Shown: positions 49,364 to 59,625 of the stretch, piece by piece
Layout of the letters: every line of letters begins with the position of its first letter
Position numbering within the stretch: position 1 is the first letter of the stretch
From: an uncultured delta proteobacterium
Lineage (GTDB): Bacteria; Myxococcota_A; Polyangia; Palsa-1104
Direction of reading: 5' to 3'
Length of the DNA: 64,000 nt
Assembly (NCBI GenBank): GCA_963785725.1
Contig: CAWAWS010000007.1
Location: 480,001-544,000 of the forward strand
Translations under genes and position numbers: made by a program
Notes under the pieces: generated by a model
The model's input: only the letters and a program-made list of their open reading frames with translations
The model's database searches: none
What the model was told of the DNA's origin: nothing

Positions 49364-49942
49364 ATGCGAATCTGCGTCTTCTGCGGCGCCAACGCCGGCC
49401 GCTCGCCCGCTTACGCCGCCGCCGCCCGCGACCTCGGCGCGCTCCTCGCCAGCCGCGGCATCGGCCTCGTCTACGGCGGCGGCAACGTCGGCCTCATGGG
49501 CATCGTCGCCGACGCCGCGCTCGCCGGCGGCGGCGAAGTCATCGGCGTCATTCCGGGCGCGCTCGTCGAGCGCGAGCTGGCGCATCGCGGTCTCACCGAG
49601 CTGCGCATCACGCCCTCGATGCACGAACGCAAGCAGCTCATGCACGACCTCTCCGACGCCTTCATCGCGCTGCCCGGCGGCTTCGGCACGCTCGACGAGC
49701 TCTTCGAAACGCTGACCTGGGCCCAGCTCGGCGTACACGACAAACCGATGGGCCTGCTCGACGTCGAAGGCTTCTGGCAACCGCTCGTGCGCTTCATCGA
49801 AGTGCAGGTCGCCGCCGAGCTCGTCCGCCCGCAGTACGCCGCGATGCTGCTGCACGCCAATTCCGCGGTCGACCTACTGACAGCGTTCGAATCCTATCGC
49901 CCGCCGACGCTCACGAAATGGGCCACCCGCGACCAAACGTGA
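49364..49942 (+). CDS. LOG family nucleotide phosphoribohydrolase
   Basis: ICVFCG, VYGGGNVGLMG, MHERK, PGGFGTLDE. Confidence 0.94.
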   Translation: MRICVFCGANAGRSPAYAAAARDLGALLASRGIGLVYGGGNVGLMGIVADAALAGGGEVIGVIPGALVERELAHRGLTELRITPSMHERKQLMHDLSDAFIALPGGFGTLDELFETLTWAQLGVHDKPMGLLDVEGFWQPLVRFIEVQVAAELVRPQYAAMLLHANSAVDLLTAFESYRPPTLTKWATRDQT

Positions 49943-50168
49943 TGGTGCATCTGCACAATCGAATGTGCGGCTCTAAAATCGCACCTGCAGAATTGGTCTT
50001 GGCAGCGGTATCGAATCTATTGTTTCGACGAGTCCGTTCGACCAGACGCGTCTTGCCGAACGGACTCGCTACTTCACGAGCGCCACTGCGCCTTCATCGG
50101 GCTCCGAGCTCGAATCGCTCCGGCAGCGAGTGACCTGCCGGGGCGCCGCGTCGTGCCGGGACGGCCTT

Positions 50169-51210
50169 TCAGGCGTGCGCCACAGCGCCGTGCTTCTCCG
50201 TCCCGGCTTTCCCGGCCTCGCTAGCCGCCCGATACCACGCCACCACATCCCGCGCGGTCTCGTCGAACGGCCGGAACCGAACGTCGAGCTCGCGCTCCGC
50301 CCGCGCCGAGGTTGCGCGGGCGGGGTTGTTCATCGACTTCAGCGCCATCCGAGTCATCAACGCCGGCCGGCCGGAGATGCGTGACCATGCTTCGCTCGCG
50401 CAGGCGAACGCGAATGCGAGGGAATACGGTAGGTCGCATCCGCGGCCCGGGGATCCCGCTCACTCGTTCGAGCGCCGACAGCATCTCGGCGATCGACATC
50501 GTCGGCCCCGCGATCAGAAAACGCGCGCCGTGCTTCGCGCGTTCGGCGGCGCGAATCATTCCCTTCGCGACGTCGCGCGCGTCGACCACGTTCGCCCCGC
50601 CCGGCGGGATCGCGGGCACTTTGCGGGCGAGAAAGTCCTGCGCGAGCTGCCCCGAGCCGGTCGGAGCCGCGTCGCCCGGGCCCCACATCCAGCCGGGAAG
50701 AATCTCGATGATCGCCATCCCTCTCTTCGGCGCGAACGCATGGATTTGCGCGTCGCCGTCCACCTTGCTCCGGAAGTACAGATTCTCTCGCGCGATCGGA
50801 GGGGCCTGCGTGTCCTCGTCCCCGGGCGAGCCGTCGGGCTTCGAGCCGATCGTTCCACTCGAGCTCGTGTGCACGAACGTGCGAACGCCCACATCATCCG
50901 CGAGCGCCATGAGCGCCAGAGTGCCGCGGACGTTCACCGCCGCGAGCGCCTCGGCGTGGTCGCCCGGCTGGTAATACTCGCGGAAGTACGCCGCGGTGTG
51001 GAACACCGCGTCGCACCCGCCGAGAGCCGGCGCGAAGGCTTCCGGGCTCCGCATGTCTCCGACGAGCCACGTAGCCCCCGTACCGTCGAGCAGGCGGCGC
51101 GCCTTGGCGTCCGACCGCACGAGCCCGACGACCTCGTGTCCCTCGGCCCGAAGCGCGCGCACGAGATTATTTCCGAGCAGCCCGGTCGCTCCAGTCACGA
51201 ATGCTTTCAT
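50169..51210 (-). CDS. NAD-dependent epimerase/dehydratase (frameshift near 50433)
   Basis: TGATGLLG, HTAA, YFRSK, VDARDVA; the C-terminus continues in ORF 50169..50360. Confidence 0.85.
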
Positions 51211-51269
51211 ACGGGTTAATATGTGACGGATCCTTCGGGTTTCCATTCGCATTCCAAGCGAGAGGACCT

Positions 51270-51932
51270 ATGCATTCGTTTCAGCCGAGAAAGAAGCCGA
51301 TCCAGGAGCGCTCGAAGGCCACGGTCGAGGCCATTCTGGAGGGGACGATTCGGGTCTTGCTCGACGAGGGGTTCGAGACGCTGACCACGACGCGCGTGGC
51401 GAAGGTCGCCGGAGTGGGCGTCGGGACGCTCTACCAGTACTTCCCGGCGAAGGAGTCGCTCCTGTTCGCCCTCCTCGAGCGCGAAATGACGACGCTCGAG
51501 ACGGAGCTGCTCGGGACGCTCGTGGCGACGGAGAGCCAATCGCTCGAAGCGCGCATTACCGCGACGATCGACGCTCTCGTGCGCCACAAGAAGGCGCACG
51601 CCGAGCTCAGCGTGGTGCTGCAGGCCCACATGCCGCGCTTCAATGGGATCCGGGTCGTCCGCGCGACAGTGCGCCGGATCGTCTCCGCCTTCGCCGTCGT
51701 GATCCGTCCGAGCTTGGCAGCGCGGATGGACGACGCAGAAGTGCAGCTCGTCGCGATGATGATCGCAACCGCAGTCCAGGGGGCGATCGACGGCGCCCTC
51801 AATCTCTCCGCGGCGACCCTCCGGCGCCCAGCGTTTCGGGACGCGCTCGTTCACCTCGTCCTCGGCTATCTCCGCGAGTCGGGGGCGAAGCTTCCGCCCC
51901 GGCTCCGCACGCGCGTCCGTCTCCGGTCGTGA
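51270..51932 (+). CDS. TetR/AcrR family regulator
   Basis: PRKKPIQERS...TTRVAKVAGVGVGTLYQYFPAKE; divergent from the epimerase. Confidence 0.93.
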   Translation: MHSFQPRKKPIQERSKATVEAILEGTIRVLLDEGFETLTTTRVAKVAGVGVGTLYQYFPAKESLLFALLEREMTTLETELLGTLVATESQSLEARITATIDALVRHKKAHAELSVVLQAHMPRFNGIRVVRATVRRIVSAFAVVIRPSLAARMDDAEVQLVAMMIATAVQGAIDGALNLSAATLRRPAFRDALVHLVLGYLRESGAKLPPRLRTRVRLRS

Positions 51933-52248
51933 AAGCGACCGACCGACGTGACCATGCCCGTCCTTGAACGTTGTAGCCGTCGACAAGACGCGTAAGTTGG
52001 GTTTCCGGCCAAGGTCGGTGGAACTCCGGCGCTGACGCTCGGCAAGACGCGCGTCGTCGAACGGATTCGTTTCGACGGCTTGGAAGGGCAGAGCAAACAG
52101 CGACTGCGGGCATGACGCATCGGATCAATGTCACTCTGACCCACTTTGCGTCCGATGGACCGCTGGCGACGATGACGATCGATAACGGTGAACCAAGGCT
52201 CAGTCGATATCGTTACGACGCCTGGATTTACCTACGTACTGCGCTCGC

Positions 52249-52701
52249 TCAGATGAAGCGGCTGAGCCAGAGATCGACCGCCTCTTTCGGCATTGCGCCC
52301 ACTTGCTGGTCGACCTCGAGCGGACCGCGAAACAGCTTCAACGCCGGTATCGACTGAATTCGATATCGTCCCGCGATCTTCTGGTTCTCGTCGACGTTTA
52401 CTTTGACGATCTTGAGCTTGCCGCCCCGTTCGCGCGCCACCGCTTCCAACACCGGCCCCACCGCGCGACACGGTCCGCACCACGGCGCCCAAAAATCGAC
52501 GAGCACCGGAATCGGCGACTGCTCGACGACATCGCGCCAAGTCGCGTCGGTGCCGACGACGGGAGCGCGCGGAAAAACCTTCTGTTTACAGCGGCCACAC
52601 GTCGGATCGTCGAGCCGCCGCACAAATGGAAAGCGATTGAGTGACCCGCATTGAGCACACGCAACCTGCACTTTGTCTTCGTTGTTAGTCGCTGTTTCCA
52701 C
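52249..52701 (-). CDS. trxC: Thioredoxin 2
   Basis: CAQC...CGRC zinc finger plus WCGPC. Confidence 0.92.
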   Translation of the reverse strand: METATNNEDKVQVACAQCGSLNRFPFVRRLDDPTCGRCKQKVFPRAPVVGTDATWRDVVEQSPIPVLVDFWAPWCGPCRAVGPVLEAVARERGGKLKIVKVNVDENQKIAGRYRIQSIPALKLFRGPLEVDQQVGAMPKEAVDLWLSRFI

Positions 52702-52777
52702 GGCGCTAAAATAAGTCTTCACGCGCGCTTCGCAAGAGCCCGTTGCCGACGCCAGGGCGCGGGCGTATTGTTGAATC

Positions 52778-53407
52778 ATGCCGTACCGTGGCGAGACCGA
52801 GCCGCGGATCGCTTGTACCGCGCACAATTCGGCGGAGGCGGCGTCGAGCTGCACTCGCTGTCATGTGGCTCTCTGCGATCCTTGCACGCTGTACTTCTCG
52901 GCGGATCCTTACTGTCGCCGCTGTGTGGCCGGAGCACGGCGCGCATGGGTGGCACGAATCGCCGGTGGCGTCACAGCCGTCTTATTGACGCTGGCCATCG
53001 GCTCGGGCGTGATGCTGGCGGCGATTCCGTCGCATTCGCGCATCGCGGCAAATCCGGTGACGCTCGTGAGCCGGCCGTATCCCGAGAATTGCGCGCCCGC
53101 CGATCGTTGGCTCGCGGCCGCTAAGCGTGATGTGACCTTCAGTCGCTATCACACGGCGCTGAATCATTTGTCGTTGTCGCAGCGCGATTGCGAGCCTAGC
53201 CCGCAGCGCGATGAGTTGTACGCGCTCGCTTACGATGGCGCGGGCGATCGGCTGTCGGCGATCGCGGCCGCGTCGCGATGGGTCGATTCCAGCCACGGCG
53301 GTCGCGACGCGTGTACGCTGTTCGCGACGCTGCTGGAGGTCAACGCCGGCGGCGCGAACGCCGGGCAGGACGCGCGCTGCTTGGACGCGCTCAGCGTCCA
53401 ACCGTAA
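52778..53407 (+). CDS. B-box-like zinc finger membrane protein
   Basis: CxxH...CxxC...CxxC...CxxC, one TM helix, helical C-terminal part. Confidence 0.7.
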   Translation: MPYRGETEPRIACTAHNSAEAASSCTRCHVALCDPCTLYFSADPYCRRCVAGARRAWVARIAGGVTAVLLTLAIGSGVMLAAIPSHSRIAANPVTLVSRPYPENCAPADRWLAAAKRDVTFSRYHTALNHLSLSQRDCEPSPQRDELYALAYDGAGDRLSAIAAASRWVDSSHGGRDACTLFATLLEVNAGGANAGQDARCLDALSVQP

Positions 53408-53706
53408 GCGCGCCGCGGCGTTCGCGCGCAGTAGTTCCTTAAGGGCTTCAATCACCCGCAATCACCTTCATTGAATGGCGCAGTGTTTAGCGGTCTCGAT
53501 GCGCGCGGCCGCAAATCCGCTACGCCATTCGTCGCCATATCCTCAACAGATAATCGGCGACAGACTTAAGGTCTGGCGAATTTATGCGGCTTATTGCCAC
53601 GAGCGCGCCGCGACGTCGGGCCCGACACGACCGTCGCGCCTGCTCGGCGCGTCGCCGCGAACGGCACGAGCCGAGGCGCGCCTGCTTCGTTGCGGCCTGA
53701 CGATGG

Positions 53707-54642
53707 CTACGCGACGAAGGCCGCGTCCGAGGCCGACTGCGGAATTGCCAGCGCTTCGTCGTAGCCCGGCGTGACCACTCGCGCCGACGGCGCGTGCAGG
53801 CGCGCCTCGGCGACGAATCCGTCGAGATCGATCCCCGGCAAGAGGTGCACACCGCCCTCGAGCGGCGCGAAGAACGCGTCATGATGCGTTGGCACAATTA
53901 ACTGCGGGCGCAGCGCGCCGCACAGTCGCGCCAAGTAGTCGCGCGTCGCGCGCCGGCCGGCCAGACCGACGAGCAGCACGTCGGCGCGGGCGCCCGCGAG
54001 CGCGGCATCGATGAGGTCCGCGGAGCCGTTGTGATAGAGGCGCAGGCCGTTCGCTTCGACGAGGATGCCATAGGCGCCGCCCATGCGATAGCGCCACGCC
54101 GGCGCCGGCAGCGACGGCGGCGTGGTCACCTCGCCCGGAAACGGCACGCGATGCAGCACGACGCGACCGTGAAGGCTGGGCACGAAGCGCACGGTCGCCG
54201 CGCCAATCGCGAGGCTGCCGCCGTCGCCGCCGATCTCCCGCAGCTGCATCGCCGGCACGCCGGCGGCGCGCGCGAAGGCGCAGCTGCTGCGGCTGCCGAC
54301 GAAGAGCGCGCCCGTGGCCAGCGCGATCGCCGGCGCGTCGAGCAGGTGATCGAAGTGGCTGTGGCCGCACAGCACGGCGTCGACGCGAGGCGGCAGGTGC
54401 GCGCGAATCGCCGTCGCGTCCGGCTGCAGCGGCCGCAGCAGCTGCATCGCCGACGGCCGCGTCAGAAACGGGTCGATGAGCAGCGTCGTGCCGCCCACCT
54501 CGATGACATGGCCGGCCGTCCCCAACCAGCGCACGCGCATCGCCTCGTCGCCGCTGGCGCGCGTCGTCGGACGAAGCTCCGCGCGCGGCTTCCAACGCGG
54601 GAAGAGCCGGCGATAAAGCCAGCCGTTATGGTGCGATCGCAT
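53707..54642 (-). CDS. MBL-fold metallo-hydrolase (UlaG-like)
   Basis: RWLGTAG, IDPF, GHSHFDH, PTHHD; start uncertain (the ATG lies within a repeat unit). Confidence 0.88.
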   Translation of the reverse strand: MRSHHNGWLYRRLFPRWKPRAELRPTTRASGDEAMRVRWLGTAGHVIEVGGTTLLIDPFLTRPSAMQLLRPLQPDATAIRAHLPPRVDAVLCGHSHFDHLLDAPAIALATGALFVGSRSSCAFARAAGVPAMQLREIGGDGGSLAIGAATVRFVPSLHGRVVLHRVPFPGEVTTPPSLPAPAWRYRMGGAYGILVEANGLRLYHNGSADLIDAALAGARADVLLVGLAGRRATRDYLARLCGALRPQLIVPTHHDAFFAPLEGGVHLLPGIDLDGFVAEARLHAPSARVVTPGYDEALAIPQSASDAAFVA

Positions 54643-54721
54643 TAGACGCCCATGCTAACGCAACCGAACCCGAGCATCGCCACCTCCTGACGCAGACGCA
54701 CGACGCGCTCGTGAAGAGCGT

Positions 54722-54784
54722 CATTTTGCAATTGCACCACGTATTTGTGCGTTTGCATAATGGTGTGGTGCGAATGCACAATAA
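54722..54784. repeat. 3 x 21-bp array
   Basis: TGC at 54727, 54748 and 54769: TTTTGCAATTGCACCA, TTGTGCGTTTGCATAA, TGGTGCGAATGCACAA. Confidence 0.92.
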
Positions 54785-54836
54785 GATTGGGGAAGCTGGC
54801 GGCCCGCCTAACGGTGGCACCGCGAGATCGAACGCG

Positions 54837-55499
54837 TTAGAAGCGGAAGCCGATCGTGGCGAGCAGGTCGAGGTCGACGGCGTCGAACTTCGGCGTCAGC
54901 AGCACCAGGTTGGCCTCGGTGATCGACAGATCGTGCGACGGTGCGATCGGGAAGCCGGCATAGAGGCCGACCATGATGTGGCGGTGGATGTTGAAGTTGA
55001 CGCCGAAGCCGGGCTCGAAGGTGAACGCCGTCGAGCTGCGCGTCGTGCTGGCGGTGAAGCCGGCGGCGCTGCCGCTGTATTCGGCGGTGATGTAGTCGAC
55101 GCCGAGCGCCAAGCGCACGTAGAACGAGCCGATGCCGAAGGGCACGATGAAGCGGCCGCCGGCCAGCGCGCGGATGCGGTTGGCTTTGACGTCGATGTGG
55201 TTGTCGGCGTAGGTGCCGTCGTCGCTGTTGACGGGGATGTAGTCGAACTGCAGCTCGGGCGCGATGCCCAAATTGTGCGCGAGGTAGATGATGACGCCGG
55301 CGCGCAGCGAGAGCTTGAACGACGCATCGGCGAACTTGTTGTAGTTGCTGTCGGCGATCGGAATGGCGACGCCGCTGGCGAACTCGAGCATGAAGGCCGT
55401 GCGCGGCGGCGCTTCGTAGGCCTGCGTTGTGCGAGCGCACAATAAAGCGGAAGTGGCGAAGATCAAGGCGAGCAACGTCTTGTTCAGTCTCATCGTCAT
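54837..55499 (-). CDS. Outer-membrane beta-barrel domain protein
   Basis: Signal peptide, alternating beta strands, C-terminal IGFRF. Confidence 0.8.
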   Translation of the reverse strand: MTMRLNKTLLALIFATSALLCARTTQAYEAPPRTAFMLEFASGVAIPIADSNYNKFADASFKLSLRAGVIIYLAHNLGIAPELQFDYIPVNSDDGTYADNHIDVKANRIRALAGGRFIVPFGIGSFYVRLALGVDYITAEYSGSAAGFTASTTRSSTAFTFEPGFGVNFNIHRHIMVGLYAGFPIAPSHDLSITEANLVLLTPKFDAVDLDLLATIGFRF

Positions 55500-55730
55500 G
55501 AGGGCCCCATTGGGTCGATTCGTTACGTGGATGGTTTACTTGGGGACAGCGGCGAACGGCTTTTACCGACGACCTCGGCGGTCGCCAAACCGTAGACCAC
55601 CTCGGTGTAGCCGTCGGCGAGCTCGACTGCGCGGGCGGCGCCGTTGGCCGAAAGCTCGATGCGCGGCATGGCGCACGAATCATGGGCACGCCGGCCGCGG
55701 AATTACAAGCTCCGGGACGGTAACTTCGTC

Positions 55731-55787
55731 GTAGTGCAACTGCACAATGACGTGATGCGTTTGCATCATTTTCGCGCGCAAACGCGA
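55731..55787. repeat. 3 x 21-bp array
   Basis: TAGTGCAACTGCACAA, TGATGCGTTTGCATCA, GCGCGCAAACGCGA at exact 21-bp spacing. Confidence 0.85.
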
Positions 55788-56042
55788 GCCGCTCAGCGCG
55801 TGCGCGGCCGGCTCGCGCGCGCCGCCGGTGGCACGACGCCGATTCGGTGTGCGACGCCGGCTCGTCTCACTGCAATTCGTGGCCGAGGCAAGCTCGCCGA
55901 GACATACAGCATTCGCGAATCAATGTTGATCAACCCGTCGAACGAAGCTGCGCTGGCCGGATGGAGGATCATCGGCATTTGCGTGCGTGCAGTGAACGCG
56001 AGTCGATGCGCGGTGATTCGTCGTGCCTGACGTCGGGCGCGG

Positions 56043-57242
56043 CTAAGTGCCGGGCGCGTAAATCGCGATCTCGCTGTTGCCGGCGCCCGTGAAGGCGCCG
56101 TCGGCGTCGACGACGCGCAGCCGCAAGAGCTCGGCGACGATCGAGAGCGGTATGATCTGATACTGGGTCGCGGCCACCGTCGTGACCGGCGTCCACGTCA
56201 TCAGGTCATTCGAGCTTTCGATCGCGATCTTCTGCGTCGCCCCCGATATCGTCACGTCATAGAGAACCAGCATCGCCATGGGATGCTGGAAGCCGATATC
56301 GATCGCGATCCAATTGTTCTGCGTCGGCGGCGTGCAAGTTTGCCCCGTCGGACAGGCCGGCGCCGCGACCGGCACGAACTTGGTGCCCATATTCCCGTCG
56401 GTGAGCGGACAGGGGCGGGCAATCAGCGCCGGCCCGGTCGCCGTCTGCACATAACAATCGCCGGTACGCGAAAGCGGATTCAAGAAGCGACTGGCATAAG
56501 CCTGCTGCGACGAATACCAGGTGATGCCGAAGGTCGTGCCGGCGCTATTGTCCGTCCGTTGCGCGGTCGCCGACCAGCTGCCGGCGAAATCCTGCGTCGC
56601 GTGGCGATCGACGACGACGTTCGCCGCCGCCTGCGCGTCCTGCAGCCACACCAGATTGCCGAGCGTGTCGCGAATGGTGACGCGATAATCGTCGGCCGCG
56701 GCGCCGCCGATCGTCGACTGCAACGGCGGCCACGTAAAGTGCGGGTCGCCGCTCGCGTCGTCTTCGCTGCCCAACGCCGTCCATTGGCGCAGCGCTGGAA
56801 TCTCTAAATTGGGCGTCTGCACAATGAAGTCGGCGGCCACGGCGCAGTCGCCGACCGCCGGCGCCGGCTGCGCGGCACAGCTGGCGAACATCGTGAACGT
56901 GAGCGCCTCGTCGGTCGATCCTTGCGTGTCCGAGCCCTTGAGCGCGAAGTGATAGCTGCCGTCGCTGGCGGTGGTCGATTGTGCGAACGCGCTGCAGATG
57001 TCGAGCTGGCCGCCGAGGCAGGCCAAGCCGAGGCTGCCGATGGCCTCGAAGATCTGGCCCAGCGCCTCCAGCGGATCGGGATGGCGAATCAGCTTCGCCG
57101 TGACCGGCGGCGACGGCGCCCCGTTTTGCGTTTGCACAACTCCCGTGATGGTGACGCTCGAGCTTGGCTCCAGCTTGCTGTGCGGCCCGAAGCAGCCGGC
57201 GGCGAGCGTCAGTCCCAGCGTAGCCAGGTGGCTGCTGCGCAT
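56043..57242 (-). CDS. Hypothetical Cys-rich lipoprotein
   Basis: GGGAGG RBS, LAAGC lipobox, C-terminal discoidin-like pattern (WIAIDIG...IESSNDLMTW...LRLR...SEIAIY). Confidence 0.78.
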   Translation of the reverse strand: MRSSHLATLGLTLAAGCFGPHSKLEPSSSVTITGVVQTQNGAPSPPVTAKLIRHPDPLEALGQIFEAIGSLGLACLGGQLDICSAFAQSTTASDGSYHFALKGSDTQGSTDEALTFTMFASCAAQPAPAVGDCAVAADFIVQTPNLEIPALRQWTALGSEDDASGDPHFTWPPLQSTIGGAAADDYRVTIRDTLGNLVWLQDAQAAANVVVDRHATQDFAGSWSATAQRTDNSAGTTFGITWYSSQQAYASRFLNPLSRTGDCYVQTATGPALIARPCPLTDGNMGTKFVPVAAPACPTGQTCTPPTQNNWIAIDIGFQHPMAMLVLYDVTISGATQKIAIESSNDLMTWTPVTTVAATQYQIIPLSIVAELLRLRVVDADGAFTGAGNSEIAIYAPGT

Positions 57243-57421
57243 ATGAACCTCCCGCCATAGAATATCATCACCGAGAAGATTGCGGCGCTCCGCCCTGTCG
57301 AGCGCGAATGGCGAGCTGTGCGGCTGAGTCAAAGGTCGCGGCGTCGGCGAAAATGTGCGCGCGCCCGGACTCGCAACGGCCGGGCTTACTTGCATTGCCA
57401 ATCGACGTTACAGTCACGTCA

Positions 57422-57892
57422 ATGGAGAGCGACACCGACCTCACCAAGTTCGATCGCGAATGGCCCGAATTTCTCAGAGAAGTGGGGACCGCGCTGCCCG
57501 GCGTCCAGCTTCTCTTCGGCTTTTTGCTGACCGCACCCTTTAGCGCCAACTTTCCGAAGCTCACGAACGATCTCAAGCACGTCTATTTCATCTGCTTCCT
57601 TTGCACGTCTGCGGCCTGCGCATTCCTCATCGCGCCCAGCGTCTACCATCGCCTGCATTGGCGGCGCGACGTCCGCGACAAAGAGCAGATGATCCGCACG
57701 TGCAATCGACTCGTCATCGCCGGCATCGGCATGCTCGCGGTCGCCATGACCACGGCGATCTACGTCATCGCGTCGGTCATGTCGAGCCACTCGGTCACGC
57801 TGTTGGCGACGGGAATCGCCGGCCTGACGTTCACCGGCCTGTGGTTCGCGCTGCCCTTGCTGCGCCGTCAAAGCGATCTCAAGCAGTCGTGA
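57422..57892 (+). CDS. DUF6328-like membrane protein
   Basis: DREW.EFLREV..ALPGVQLLFGFLLTAPF, LIAPSVYHR; about 4 TM helices. Confidence 0.8.
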   Translation: MESDTDLTKFDREWPEFLREVGTALPGVQLLFGFLLTAPFSANFPKLTNDLKHVYFICFLCTSAACAFLIAPSVYHRLHWRRDVRDKEQMIRTCNRLVIAGIGMLAVAMTTAIYVIASVMSSHSVTLLATGIAGLTFTGLWFALPLLRRQSDLKQS

Positions 57893-57963
57893 TGCATCCG
57901 CACATTTAGGTCGACCGATTGCCGTGGTGCGAATGCACAATTAATGTTGTGCATTTGCATCAG
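57890..57963. repeat. 3 TGC-N4-GCA units at a convergent junction
   Basis: TGATGCATCCGCACA (overlapping the stop codon), TGGTGCGAATGCACAA, TTGTGCATTTGCATCA. Confidence 0.85.
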
Positions 57964-58099
57964 GAATTGCTTCGCCATGGCGCGGACCGCGCGCCGTCGC
58001 GTCCTGCGAGCCACGCGCGCTCGCGACTGCAGGCGCGCGGCTTCGGCGGTCGCCGTGGCGATGACGTCGCCGGAATCGCGCGCCGCCGCGTGCTGCGAG

Positions 58100-59625
58100 T
58101 TAGGCGCGCACGCGCGACTGCACGCGCGCCGCTTCGGCGGCGGCCGTGGCGATGACCTCGCCGTAGTCGAGCCCCGTCGCCTCCGTCAGCCGGCCGCCGC
58201 GTACGAGGACGCGGCCGTCGACGAGCACGTCGCGCACGTCGCGGCTCTGGCACGCGTAGACCAGCGTCGAGACGGCATCGAACGACGGCGTCGCGTGCGC
58301 GCTGCGCGGGTCGACGACGATGATGTCCGCCCGCCGCCCGACCTCCAGCGCGCCGATCTCGTCCTCGAGGCCGAGCGCCGCCGCGCCGCCGCGCGTCGCC
58401 AGCTCCAACACCGTCGCCGCCGGCATCGCGGTCGCACCCGCGCGCGGCTTGTGCAGCAGCGCCGCCAGCCGCAGCTCGAGGAAGCCGTCGAGATTGTTGT
58501 TGCAAGGCGCGCCGTCGGCTCCGAGCGCGACGTGAATCCCCTGCGCCAGCATCTCGGGAATCGGCGCGATGCCGCTGGCCAGCTTCAAGTTCGACGACGG
58601 GCAGTGCACGACGTGCGTGCCCGCCGTCGCCGAGCAGCGCGCGCTCGGCGTCGGTCGCGTGGACGCAGTGCGCGAGCACCGCGCGCGGCCCGGCCAGCCC
58701 CAGCGACTCGAGGTAGGCGATGTTGTCGTCGCCGCGCTCGGCTCGCACGACGGCGATCTCGGCCTGCTGCTCCGACGCGTGCGTGTGCAGTCGCGCGCCG
58801 GCCGCGCACGCGCGCCGCGACCTCGCGCAGCAGCGCCTCGGTGCACGACAGGACGAAGCGCGGCGCGTACGCCCAGCGCAGCCGTCCGTCGGCCGCGCCG
58901 TGCCAGCGCTCGCGCAGGGCGTCGCTCTCGTCGAGCGAGCTGCGCGTCGTCTCGCGCAGTCGCGCCGGCACGCCGTCGCCGACGTCCATCATCGCCTTGC
59001 CGATCGTCGCGCGCAGCCCGGTCCCAGCGACGGCGTCACACAGCGCGTCGGTCTCGTGCACGGTGGCCATGTCGAGGATCGCCGTCGTGCCGCCGAGCAG
59101 CAGCTCGGCGCAGGCCAGCCGCGCCGCCGCGCGCATCGCCCGCTCGTCGAGCGCCGCTTCGTACGGCCACACGCGCTGCCGCAGCCACTCGAGCAGCGGC
59201 AGATCGTCGGCATGCCCGCGGCACAGCGTCTGGCACAGGTGCGTATGCGCCTGCACCAGCCCCGGCAAAACGATACAGCCGCGCGCGTCTATATATTGTG
59301 CGTCCGCATCACGATCCGTCGCCGCCCCGGCACCCGATTGTGCGTTTGCACCATGGTATTGTGCGTTTGCACCACCCGACGCGCGTTCCGCCCGGCTGAT
59401 TGTGCGTTTGCACCATGGTATTGTGCGTTTGCACCATCGCTCGGCGTCCGCGGCGGGCGATTGTGCATTTGCACCATGGCGTTGTGCAGTTGCATCATGG
59501 GCTGACGCGGCGGCGGGCTCGATGGAGACGATGCGGCCGTCTTCGATGACGACGTCGCCGACCATGACGCGGCGGGCGGCATCCATCGTGACGATGGTGC
59601 CGCCGGCAACGATCACGCGGCTCAT
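58100..59625 (-). CDS. Amidohydrolase, MTA/SAH or 5'-deoxyadenosine deaminase-like (frameshifts near 58800 and 58633; repeat insertion)
   Basis: PGLVQAHTH, LPLLEWL, GGTT, HTHASE, AHCV, HCPSSNLKLASG, GADGAPCNN spread over three frames. Confidence 0.88.
59293..59499. repeat. Compound array of three 39-bp doublets plus one single unit inside the CDS
   Basis: GATTGTGCGTTTGCACCATGGTATTGTGCGTTTGCACCA at 59336 and 59398, with a variant at 59459. Confidence 0.95.

Noticed and set aside
58013..58170. Diversity-generating retroelement TR/VR pair
   Set aside because: Mismatches are not adenine-specific and no reverse transcriptase is present in the window.
59347..59366. NtrC site (TGCACCA-N3-TGGTGCA) or Rex site (TTGTGAA-N4-TTCACAA)
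   Set aside because: Half-site spacing between adjacent units is 5 rather than 3, and the core is TTGTGC rather than TTGTGAA.
59336..59497. CRISPR array
   Set aside because: Only three repeats, short GC-rich spacers resembling each other, located inside a CDS, built from the dispersed 21-bp unit, and no cas genes in the window.
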